From positions 10,432 through 42,431 of the forward strand of contig NZ_LQIU01000035.1 of NCBI RefSeq assembly GCF_001499995.1: DNA of 32,000 nt. The letters are read 5' to 3'. This document shows positions 1 through 6,926 of this stretch, piece by piece. Origin of the DNA: Mycobacterium sp. IS-1496 (GTDB taxonomy: Bacteria; Actinomycetota; Actinomycetes; Mycobacteriales; Mycobacteriaceae). Under the pieces are notes generated by a model. That model ran no database searches. It was not told the origin of the DNA and was given only the letters and a program-made list of their open reading frames with translations. Position 1 is the first letter of the stretch. Each line of letters begins with the position of its first letter. The position numbers and the translations under genes were made by a program.

Positions 1-520
1 CGCTGGTCACCTTGTTGAGGACGTCGGTCACCGACGACTCCTCACTGACCGGCTGCACGTCCACACCGGCCGCCCGCTCGACGGCGGTGGCGGCGGCCCC
101 GCACGGCACCTGCGGGGCGCACAGCACGGCGCTGACACCGGGTGCGGTGAGGTCACGCAGCGAGCGGAAGCCCTTCGGATTGCCCGGTGCGACGGCGATG
201 GTCAGGGAGTTGGCCGCGAACGCGACCGGCGCGCCGTCGAGGAGCCCCGCCTCGGCCGCCCGGTCCATGGTGCGGGTGTCGGCCGAGGCGAAGACGTCGG
301 CGTAGGCGCCCTGGGTGAGCTGGGTGACCAGATCCGACGACCCGGCGAAGGAGAACTCGACGCTCATCCCCGGATGGTCCCGCTGGAACCGTTGCGCGAT
401 CTCGGTGAACGACGCCCGTAGCGACGCCGCGGCGAAGACCGTAAGTGTCGACGAATCCTGTTGTGCCCCACACCCGGTGAGCATGACGGCCAGCAGGACG
501 GCCAGCACGGGACGCGTCAC
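1..520 (-). CDS. modA: Molybdate ABC transporter substrate-binding lipoprotein ModA (5' ~173 codons; 3' end runs off the left edge, so it is absent from the ORF track)
   Basis: My translation of the minus strand from GTG at 520-518 reads VTRPVLAVLLAVMLTGCGAQQDSSTLTVFAAASLRASFTEIAQRFQRDHPGMSVEFSFAGSSDLVTQLTQGAYADVFASADTRTMDRA... It has a lipobox (LTGC) and the ModA-type motifs TVFAAASL, FAGS and DVFASAD. Its GTG overlaps the TGA of the upstream TOBE gene (GTGA). Confidence 0.8.
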   Translation of the reverse strand, partial: MTRPVLAVLLAVMLTGCGAQQDSSTLTVFAAASLRASFTEIAQRFQRDHPGMSVEFSFAGSSDLVTQLTQGAYADVFASADTRTMDRAAEAGLLDGAPVAFAANSLTIAVAPGNPKGFRSLRDLTAPGVSAVLCAPQVPCGAAATAVERAAGVDVQPVSEESSVTDVLNKVTS

Positions 521-921
521 GGCTGCACCGGTGACTCGACGATGACCGTGGTGGCCTTGACGACGGCCACCGCGACGCTGCCGGGTTCGAGCCCCAGCTC
601 ACGCACCGCGTCGGTGCTCATCAGCGACACCACCGTGAAGGGTCCGCACTGCATCTCCACCTGCGACATGACGGTGTCGCTGACCACGTCGGTGACCAGA
701 CCCGCGAACCGGTTGCGGGCCGAGCTGGGCGTCCCGAGCGGATCCTTCGGGGCCACGGCGGCGTTGGTGCGGGCGAACGCGGCGAGTTCGGCGCCGTCGA
801 CGACCTTGCGTCCGGATGCGTCGACCGAGGAGGCCAGGCTGCCGTCGTCGATCCACCGCCGGACGGTGTCGTCGCTGACGCCCAGCAGGTCGGCGGCCTG
901 GCGTACCCGGATGGTCGGCAT
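517..921 (-). CDS. MerR/excisionase-type HTH plus TOBE (Mop-like molybdate-binding) domain regulator
   Basis: The N-terminus MPTIRVRQAADLLGVSDDTVRRWIDDGSL is a typical short HTH. The C-terminus NRFAGLVTDVVSDTVMSQVEMQCGPFTVVSLMSTDAVRELGLEPGSVAVAVVKATTVIV is a TOBE fold. The gene lies immediately upstream of modA and is translationally coupled to it. Confidence 0.75.
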   Translation of the reverse strand: MPTIRVRQAADLLGVSDDTVRRWIDDGSLASSVDASGRKVVDGAELAAFARTNAAVAPKDPLGTPSSARNRFAGLVTDVVSDTVMSQVEMQCGPFTVVSLMSTDAVRELGLEPGSVAVAVVKATTVIVESPVQP

Positions 922-1112
922 GTGCGCATCCTACGGGCCGCACATGCGGTTAGTGTCGGGTTCTGCATCCGTACATGCGGAACCATGGGCCGATCGGCGG
1001 AGTCCACCGCGTCGTCTTCGACCGTATCGGTGGATAATTTGCTGTCCTTGGTGGTGGAATCGGACGCAATGCACACAAGCGGGGGTGGCGTCGTGGCAAG
1101 AGGTCCGTTGGT

Positions 1113-3176
1113 GTGCGCGGGCACCCGGGCGGTGTCGCGGAGGTGACCGAACACCCGCAGGCGGACGACGATCCGCGACTCGGCGCGCTGCTCGAATGGC
1201 GTCAACGGCTCATCGACACCGGCGCGGTGTCGGCCCGCAGCTTCAAGGAGGCCCACCTGCGCCTGGTGCTGCGGTCGGGGCGCACCGACGTCGAGCAGAT
1301 CCGGGCCATGCTCCCGGGATCGGTGTCCGAACACGCCGAGGACATGGCGCGCGTCCTGGCGGAACTGCCCGGCCCCACCGGCGCCGAGGCGACCGCCGCC
1401 GAGGACGACCCGACGGGCCGCCACCGCGGGGACGACCCCGCCGCCGAGGCCGCCGCAGCGCCGCCGTGGTTCGATCCGCTGTCCGGATCCCGCTCGGGGA
1501 TCGACGATTTCGCGCCGTACGCGGGAGACGCCCCGGCCGCCCCGGCGCACGGCGTCACGCTGCACCGCCGCCGCGACACCGGAGCCCTGGAACTGCGCTG
1601 GCCCGCGATCGACGCCACCGACCAGGTCGTCGTCTACCGCGTGGTCAGCGGGGAGGACGCCGCACCCCGGTCGCCCGACACCGCCGACCCGCTCGCGGTG
1701 ACCACTGCGACGTCGGCGACCGACGACCGGCCGCCGGTGGCCGCGGTGCGCCACTTCCAGGTGTGGGCGAACGTCGGCGCCACCGGGCCGGAAGCACGGG
1801 CGGCGCAACCCGTTCTGCATGCCGGCGGCGTGTTGATCGGCCGGATCACCGACCTCGCCCTGCAGGAGGACTCGGGCCGGGTGGTCGGCCGGTACACCGT
1901 GCCGCCCGGGGTCGGCGCGGTCTACGTGTACCGGATGCCCGTCGGCGAGGCGCACCACGACGGGCCGCAGTACCGCATCCTCGCCGGGCAGGACAACCTC
2001 GCCGGGTTCGTCGACATCGACGTCGAACGCGGATACCGCTACGTCTACCGGGTGCGCTGCGCGGCGCCCGTCGGCGGGGTGCTGCGACTCTCGGAGGCCG
2101 CGGAAGCCGGTGTGGACGTATCGGCGGTGCTGGCGCCGGTCACCGATCTCGCGATCACCGGCAGCACCGCGGACGCCACGGTGCTCGACCTCGCGTGGAC
2201 CACACCGCCGGGCGGACGCGTGGTCGTCTACCGCACACCCACCGGTCCGAGCGCGGGCGCCGAGGCCGACGAGCTGCCCGAGGACGCACTCGATCAGGTC
2301 GGTCTGCCACCGGAACTGCGCCTGGCGCAACCGGTCACCGAAGAGCGGGACGAGGACGGGCGAGTCCGCACCGCGATGCCCGGCGTGGCGTGGCCGGACC
2401 AGTGGAGCCGCGCCTACTTCACCCCGGTGACCCTCATCGGTGGCCGCGCCATGCTGGGCAAGACCTTCTCCACCGTGCGGACCGGGGTGATCCGCGACAT
2501 CGAACTCACGGAGTACTGCACCAAGCAGGTGCTCACCTTCGACTGGCCCGACGGCGCCGCTTCGGTCGTCGTCTACCTGGCCCCGCGGGGCCACGATCCC
2601 CGCAACGGGCTCACCGGGCAGACCTACGAGATCACGCTCGAGGAGTACGAGAAGTACGGCGGGCTACAGCTTTCGGGTCGACTGCCGGTACACGGCTGCT
2701 CGCTGCACCTGGCGCCGATCGCGTTCACCGGCGGGCGCCGTGTCATGGGCGCGATCGCCAGCGTCGACTACCAGGGACTGCTGAGGCTGCAGTACGCGGT
2801 GCGCGTCGGCCGCGACGCCGAGGGCCGGCCGTTCACCGCGACCATCGCGGTGCGCTCCGAATACGACCTGCCCGGCTCACCGGCGTTCGTGTTGGTCAAC
2901 AACCCGCACCGTATCCCCTTGAGCGTGCACGACGGTGAACTGGTCGACGTCGCCCCGCTCGACGATCAGGGCCGACTCGCCGCCCCGCCGGCCAAGGAAC
3001 TGCGGTGGTCCCAGCTCACCACGACCGGGGGCAGCGAATTGTGGGCCGCCAACGTCCGGAACCGGCAGGGCTGGATCCGCTTGTTCGTCAGCACGCCGTC
3101 ACCCGCCAGCCTGCGGTTGATCGCGCTGCTCGACCCACCGGTGGAGCACCTGCGGCTGATCCCGGCGGCGACATGA
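1113..3176 (+). CDS. Hypothetical cytoplasmic protein with four degenerate Fn3/Ig-like beta-sandwich repeats (first gene of the GTPase operon); start codon uncertain (GTG 1113 or GTG 1143)
   Basis: 687-aa ORF with coding-like composition. The motif L-x-L/F-x-W ... VVVYR recurs four times (ALELRWPAIDATDQVVVYRV; GAVYVYRMP...GFVDIDVERGYRYVYRVRC; VLDLAWTTPPGGRVVVYRT; VLTFDWPDGAASVVVYLA). No signal peptide or TM segment is present. The N-terminal ~70 aa (LLEWRQRLIDTGAVSARSFKEAHLRLVLRSGRTDVEQIRAMLPG) look helical and HRDC-like, which is a weak call. Its stop overlaps the next start (ATGA at 3173-3176). Confidence 0.7.
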   Translation: MRGHPGGVAEVTEHPQADDDPRLGALLEWRQRLIDTGAVSARSFKEAHLRLVLRSGRTDVEQIRAMLPGSVSEHAEDMARVLAELPGPTGAEATAAEDDPTGRHRGDDPAAEAAAAPPWFDPLSGSRSGIDDFAPYAGDAPAAPAHGVTLHRRRDTGALELRWPAIDATDQVVVYRVVSGEDAAPRSPDTADPLAVTTATSATDDRPPVAAVRHFQVWANVGATGPEARAAQPVLHAGGVLIGRITDLALQEDSGRVVGRYTVPPGVGAVYVYRMPVGEAHHDGPQYRILAGQDNLAGFVDIDVERGYRYVYRVRCAAPVGGVLRLSEAAEAGVDVSAVLAPVTDLAITGSTADATVLDLAWTTPPGGRVVVYRTPTGPSAGAEADELPEDALDQVGLPPELRLAQPVTEERDEDGRVRTAMPGVAWPDQWSRAYFTPVTLIGGRAMLGKTFSTVRTGVIRDIELTEYCTKQVLTFDWPDGAASVVVYLAPRGHDPRNGLTGQTYEITLEEYEKYGGLQLSGRLPVHGCSLHLAPIAFTGGRRVMGAIASVDYQGLLRLQYAVRVGRDAEGRPFTATIAVRSEYDLPGSPAFVLVNNPHRIPLSVHDGELVDVAPLDDQGRLAAPPAKELRWSQLTTTGGSELWAANVRNRQGWIRLFVSTPSPASLRLIALLDPPVEHLRLIPAAT

Positions 3177-5665
3177 CGGGTCGCTACGGACAGCTCAGCT
3201 ACACCTCGTTCGACACCGCCGCGCACATGGGCGGCTGGCAGGTCAAAGAGACCTCCGCCGACCTGTCCCCAGACGAGGTGCACGCCCTGACCTCCGGGGT
3301 GCGCACCGTGTTCCGGCCCGCGCAACCGCTGCCCGCGTATCCGACACCGGAGCAACTCGACCTCGGCCCGCGCCGGCTCGCCTACGGCACGCTCGACCGT
3401 GGGCGCGCCGGATACTGGCACACCGTGCCCGCCGGGTCCGACAGCACCGGCAGGCCCGGAAACGTGTTCGCCCACGCGCTTCTCGACCGTGCGGCGGGCG
3501 AACGGTCCGACCGCCCCATCCAGTGGTGGCGGTCCGACGGCTGGCTGTGTCCGTACGGTCCACACGCGGTGAGCGCCGCCGCACTGCCGGAAGAGCCACC
3601 CCCACCGGGGCGCGTGGTCACCAAGGACAGCGTCGTGCAGTTCGTGCTCGACCCCGGCGCCTGGCGGCTGGCGACGCTGTTCGGACTGCTCGACGCGGTC
3701 GCCGCCGCGCTCGACGGTGGGCCGCCCGTGGTGCTCGGTGTGGACTCGGCGGATTCGGCCGCCCAGTGGATCGGGCTGGTCAGTTTCCTGATGTCGTCGG
3801 GAACCGCTGCGCGTCTGCACTTCTCGACTTTCGACCGGGCCGACCAACTGAACCTGGCCCGGCAGAGCAGGCAGCACCTGACCGCGGTGCCCGTCGAAGA
3901 CCTCGAATTCGTCCCCGACGACGTCGTCGCGATCAGTGAGCACACGACGCTGTCGCTGGGCGAACTCGACCACGAACCGCACCGCACCGCCGACGGGCGG
4001 GCCATCACCGTCACACCGTGGTCGGCGATGGCGCAAGTGGTGCTGCTCGACGCCGAATCCGCGCGGTCCGTCCTCGACGACATCGACCACCACGCCGCGC
4101 AGGTCGCCGACGCGGGCCTGCATCCGGCCTGGCCACTGGCGATGTCGGTGGCGCACCGCGACGAGTTCGCCGACGCGCTCACCGAGGCGCACACCGTGAT
4201 CGCCGCGCATTCCCCGCGCGCCGCGAGTGATTCGGTGGTGGCCCGCACCCTGGCCGCCGTGATGCGCGCCGCGTTGGGTGCCGGCACCGCCGACGCGTGG
4301 AAAGCCCTGCAGGACAACGAGAACGGGCCCGCGGCAGATCTGGCCGAGCTGACGTATCTGTGCCGCGCCGTGGCCGACGAGGAATGGTTGAGCCGGCCGG
4401 GCCGGATCCCGTCCCGCGAACGGGGACCCGACCGGCACCCGCCGCCGCGGGAACTGCGCGAGGCCATCGGACCCGCCCTGGCCGCCGCGCGCAGCGGCGG
4501 CGCGTACCGGGTGGCGCGGTTGGCGGATCTGCTGCTGGGGTCGGGAATCGACGACGACCGGGTGACCGCCGCACTGCGTGCCGAGGTGGTCCCGGACCTG
4601 ATGAATCCCGAGGCGGCCCCGGCTCTGCTGGGTGAGTTGCGGGAGCGCGTCGGTGCGCCGACCCGGCTGGCGCTGGCGGCGGCGCTGCTGCAGGGTCCCG
4701 GCGACACCCCCGCGGTGGGTGGCGACGTCCTGGACTGGTTGGCCGACGGCATCCGGGCCCCGGCGCCACACGACCTGCGGGAAGCCGAGCCGTGGGATCC
4801 GGTGTGGACCAGGGCGGCGCTGCGCGGGATGCGGACCGTCGCGCGCGGCGCCGGTGACCAGGCCGACCGCTGGGCGAGCCTGTGGTGGTTGCGGGTCAGC
4901 GGCTCGGACCGCTTCGAACAGGTCGCGGGTGACTCGGTATGGCACCCGGACGAACTGCTTGCCGCCGTGGGGGATTCCGCCCTGCCCGGCGCGGCAGCGG
5001 TCCGCACGCTGGTCGGTGCGCCGGCGTCGGCCGCGCTGGACCGGTTGGCCCAGACGGTGCTTCGGGCCAACAACGACGACGTGGCGGTGGCGTGTGCGGC
5101 GGTGCGCGTCGTCGACCCGAGAGCCTGGATCGAACAGGGATTCGCCGCCAGCCACCAGGCGGCGTACGCGCCGCTGTGGGAGAAGGGACTGGAGACGGTC
5201 GGGACGGCGACCGCCCATCATGACTTCGCCGTGCGACTGGTGACGTTCGCGGCGATCGGGCTCGCGTCCGGAGCGCCCTATCCACCGTCGAGCGCGATCC
5301 TGGCCGGCGACCCGCAGGTGAGCGCCGGCGCCTTCAGACATCTCGCCGCGCTCCTCGACGGCTACGTCCTCAACGCCGTGTCGGTGCTCGCGGTGGCCGC
5401 ACTGCGCTTCGCGCACAACGGTGACGACCCGGTGGCGGTGACGGACGGAATCGAAGGGCTGATCTGGCAGGGCGCGCGGCATGTCATGGCCACCCGCCGG
5501 CCCGAGTCCATCGACGTCGACATGATCGCCGCCACCATGGCCGGACTCACCGGCGAGCCGACCGACGGTGCCGTCCGCCGGCATCGCAGGACGGTGCTGA
5601 GACTGCTGGCCCGCCGACCGGACGCGCAGACCGCGCCGATCGCCCGAACCCGCTGGAGCCGTTGA
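3173..5665 (+). CDS. Large (830 aa) GTPase-associated-protein-1 (GAP1)-like hypothetical protein
   Basis: I take ATG 3173 rather than the ORF-track start 3005 because it forms an ATGA overlap with the upstream stop. The N-terminus is MTGRYGQLSYTSFDTAAHMGGWQVKETS...GRPGNVFAHALL. I recall the QL-x-YTS / GN-x-FAH pattern from the computationally defined GAP1 N-terminal domains. The rest is a long Ala/Leu-rich helical region with no TM. Family assignment is from memory and needs an HMM search. Confidence 0.6.
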   Translation: MTGRYGQLSYTSFDTAAHMGGWQVKETSADLSPDEVHALTSGVRTVFRPAQPLPAYPTPEQLDLGPRRLAYGTLDRGRAGYWHTVPAGSDSTGRPGNVFAHALLDRAAGERSDRPIQWWRSDGWLCPYGPHAVSAAALPEEPPPPGRVVTKDSVVQFVLDPGAWRLATLFGLLDAVAAALDGGPPVVLGVDSADSAAQWIGLVSFLMSSGTAARLHFSTFDRADQLNLARQSRQHLTAVPVEDLEFVPDDVVAISEHTTLSLGELDHEPHRTADGRAITVTPWSAMAQVVLLDAESARSVLDDIDHHAAQVADAGLHPAWPLAMSVAHRDEFADALTEAHTVIAAHSPRAASDSVVARTLAAVMRAALGAGTADAWKALQDNENGPAADLAELTYLCRAVADEEWLSRPGRIPSRERGPDRHPPPRELREAIGPALAAARSGGAYRVARLADLLLGSGIDDDRVTAALRAEVVPDLMNPEAAPALLGELRERVGAPTRLALAAALLQGPGDTPAVGGDVLDWLADGIRAPAPHDLREAEPWDPVWTRAALRGMRTVARGAGDQADRWASLWWLRVSGSDRFEQVAGDSVWHPDELLAAVGDSALPGAAAVRTLVGAPASAALDRLAQTVLRANNDDVAVACAAVRVVDPRAWIEQGFAASHQAAYAPLWEKGLETVGTATAHHDFAVRLVTFAAIGLASGAPYPPSSAILAGDPQVSAGAFRHLAALLDGYVLNAVSVLAVAALRFAHNGDDPVAVTDGIEGLIWQGARHVMATRRPESIDVDMIAATMAGLTGEPTDGAVRRHRRTVLRLLARRPDAQTAPIARTRWSR

Positions 5666-5666
5666 C

Positions 5667-6824
5667 GTGACGAAATGCCCGCGGTGCTTTGCGGTACTGG
5701 ACCCGAACCAATACCTGTGGACACTTCCCCCGCAGGCCGGCGGCACCCGCTACCGCGACGACCTCGCGTCGTCCTACCTCGGGGCGCCCGCCGATTCGGG
5801 TGCGCTCTACACCTGGGCCCGCCCGCCCGGCTACACCGGACCGCCGCCACCGCTGTCGGAAGCCAGTCAGGCGCTGCAGGGTCCGGCGGTGGAGATCTGC
5901 CCGGTCTGCCACTTCATGCTTCCCGACGACTGGAGAAACGGTCACGCCGTCTGCATCGCGATGGCCGGCGCCCGCGCCACGGGCAAGAGCCTCTACATCG
6001 GCGTGCTGGTCAAACAACTCGAGTTGCTGTGCGAACACCTGGGGGTGTCCATGCAGCCGGTCACCCGCGCGACCGCGGTGGCCTACACGACGAACTACGA
6101 GACGCCGCTGTACGTGCAGCGCGGTCTGGTGCCGCCGACCCCCACCGTGCAGACGCAGGCGTCCCATCAACGTGAGCCGCTCATCTACGGCATCGGGGTG
6201 TGGCACGGCGTCCGGCGCTACCTGGTGTTGCGTGACGTCGCGGGGGAGGATCTGGAGTCCGGCGATCTGCACACCCCGCCGTTCCGGTTCTTCGCCAATG
6301 CCGACGCGGTGTTCTTCATGTTCGACCCGTTGCGGATCAAGGGGATTCGCGACCAACTCCATGACCTGCTCCCGGCCCAGGCGTTCAGCGGCGGCGATCC
6401 GCGCGCGGTGCTGAACAACGTGTTGCACGCCGTCGGCGCCACTCAGCCCAAACTCGCCGTGATCGTGTCGAAGTTCGACGCGCTGCGGGTGTTGCGCGAC
6501 GTCGAGGGCTCGGAGTGGAGCCTGATCATGTCCAACGCCGGGGCGGCCTATCTGCGGGATCCGTCGGACACCCCGCACTACGACGAGTCGGACGGACAGT
6601 TGTTGCACGAGGAGGTGCGCAGCCTGCTCACCCGGTTGCACGGCGGGGCGATCGTCGCGGCAGTGGAGAACCCGTCGACCGGCATGAGGCTGCCGCACCG
6701 GTACTTCGCCGTCTCCGCTCTCGGCGCACCCCCGAGCGGAAACCGACTGCATTCGCGGGGCATCGCGCCGTTCCGCACCGTCGACCCGGTGCGGTGGGTG
6801 ACCGCACCCTACGGCGTCCTCTGA
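5667..6824 (+). CDS. Zinc-ribbon-containing TRAFAC-class P-loop GTPase (possible DO-GTPase family member)
   Basis: GTG start lies 1 nt after the upstream stop. The motifs are G1 GARATGKS (aa 101-108, nt 5967-5990), G3 LRDVAGED (aa 188-195) and G4 VSKFD (aa 267-271). An N-terminal CPRC (aa 4-7) and CPVC (aa 78-81) form a split Cys4 zinc ribbon around a Pro-rich insert. Confidence 0.8.
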   Translation: MTKCPRCFAVLDPNQYLWTLPPQAGGTRYRDDLASSYLGAPADSGALYTWARPPGYTGPPPPLSEASQALQGPAVEICPVCHFMLPDDWRNGHAVCIAMAGARATGKSLYIGVLVKQLELLCEHLGVSMQPVTRATAVAYTTNYETPLYVQRGLVPPTPTVQTQASHQREPLIYGIGVWHGVRRYLVLRDVAGEDLESGDLHTPPFRFFANADAVFFMFDPLRIKGIRDQLHDLLPAQAFSGGDPRAVLNNVLHAVGATQPKLAVIVSKFDALRVLRDVEGSEWSLIMSNAGAAYLRDPSDTPHYDESDGQLLHEEVRSLLTRLHGGAIVAAVENPSTGMRLPHRYFAVSALGAPPSGNRLHSRGIAPFRTVDPVRWVTAPYGVL

Positions 6825-6887
6825 CGCATCCGTCGATTACGGCACGGCACCGGGCGAACCGCATCCGGCCGCAAGGACCCCCCGATT

Positions 6888-6896
6888 GGTTAGCAT
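6888..6896 (+). promoter_or_regulatory. Candidate -10 element (GGTTAGCAT; hexamer TAGCAT 6891-6896) for the FHA-HTH gene
   Basis: It fits the mycobacterial TANNNT -10 pattern and ends 30 nt upstream of ATG 6927. A GGGGGAGG Shine-Dalgarno sits at 6916-6923. The same 9-mer family occurs at 948, 11881 and 25435. Confidence 0.25.
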
Positions 6897-6926
6897 CGCA
6901 GAGCGAAGTGATCGCGGGGGAGGTCG

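Noticed and set aside
153-602. ORF 153-602 (-, 149 aa) and ORF 12-305 (+)
   Set aside because: Both are out of frame with the modA reading frame, which gives a lipobox and ModA motifs. Their composition is shadow-like.
2442-2465. Walker-A-like string GRAMLGKT in the Fn3-repeat protein, considered as a possible second NTPase of a double-GTPase system
   Set aside because: It lies inside a beta-rich repeat region. I found no downstream Walker B/DxxG or NKxD-like motif at appropriate spacing, and the residues after GKT are not helix-like. It is most likely a chance match, and only a structure prediction could revive it.
461-2938. Long ORFs 461-2938 (+, 825 aa) and 621-2594 (-, 657 aa) overlapping the TOBE gene and the Fn3-repeat gene
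   Set aside because: Their translations are extreme Arg/Gly/Pro/Ala low-complexity strings (RRGRRG..., GRHR...). This is typical of out-of-frame or antisense shadow ORFs in ~70% G+C DNA. The alternative frames give proteins with recognisable domains and RBS or overlap signals.
3005-3172. 56-codon N-terminal extension of the GAP1-like ORF
   Set aside because: It overlaps the 3' end of the upstream gene with shadow-like composition. ATG 3173 gives the conserved-looking MTGRYGQLSYTS start and the ATGA coupling.
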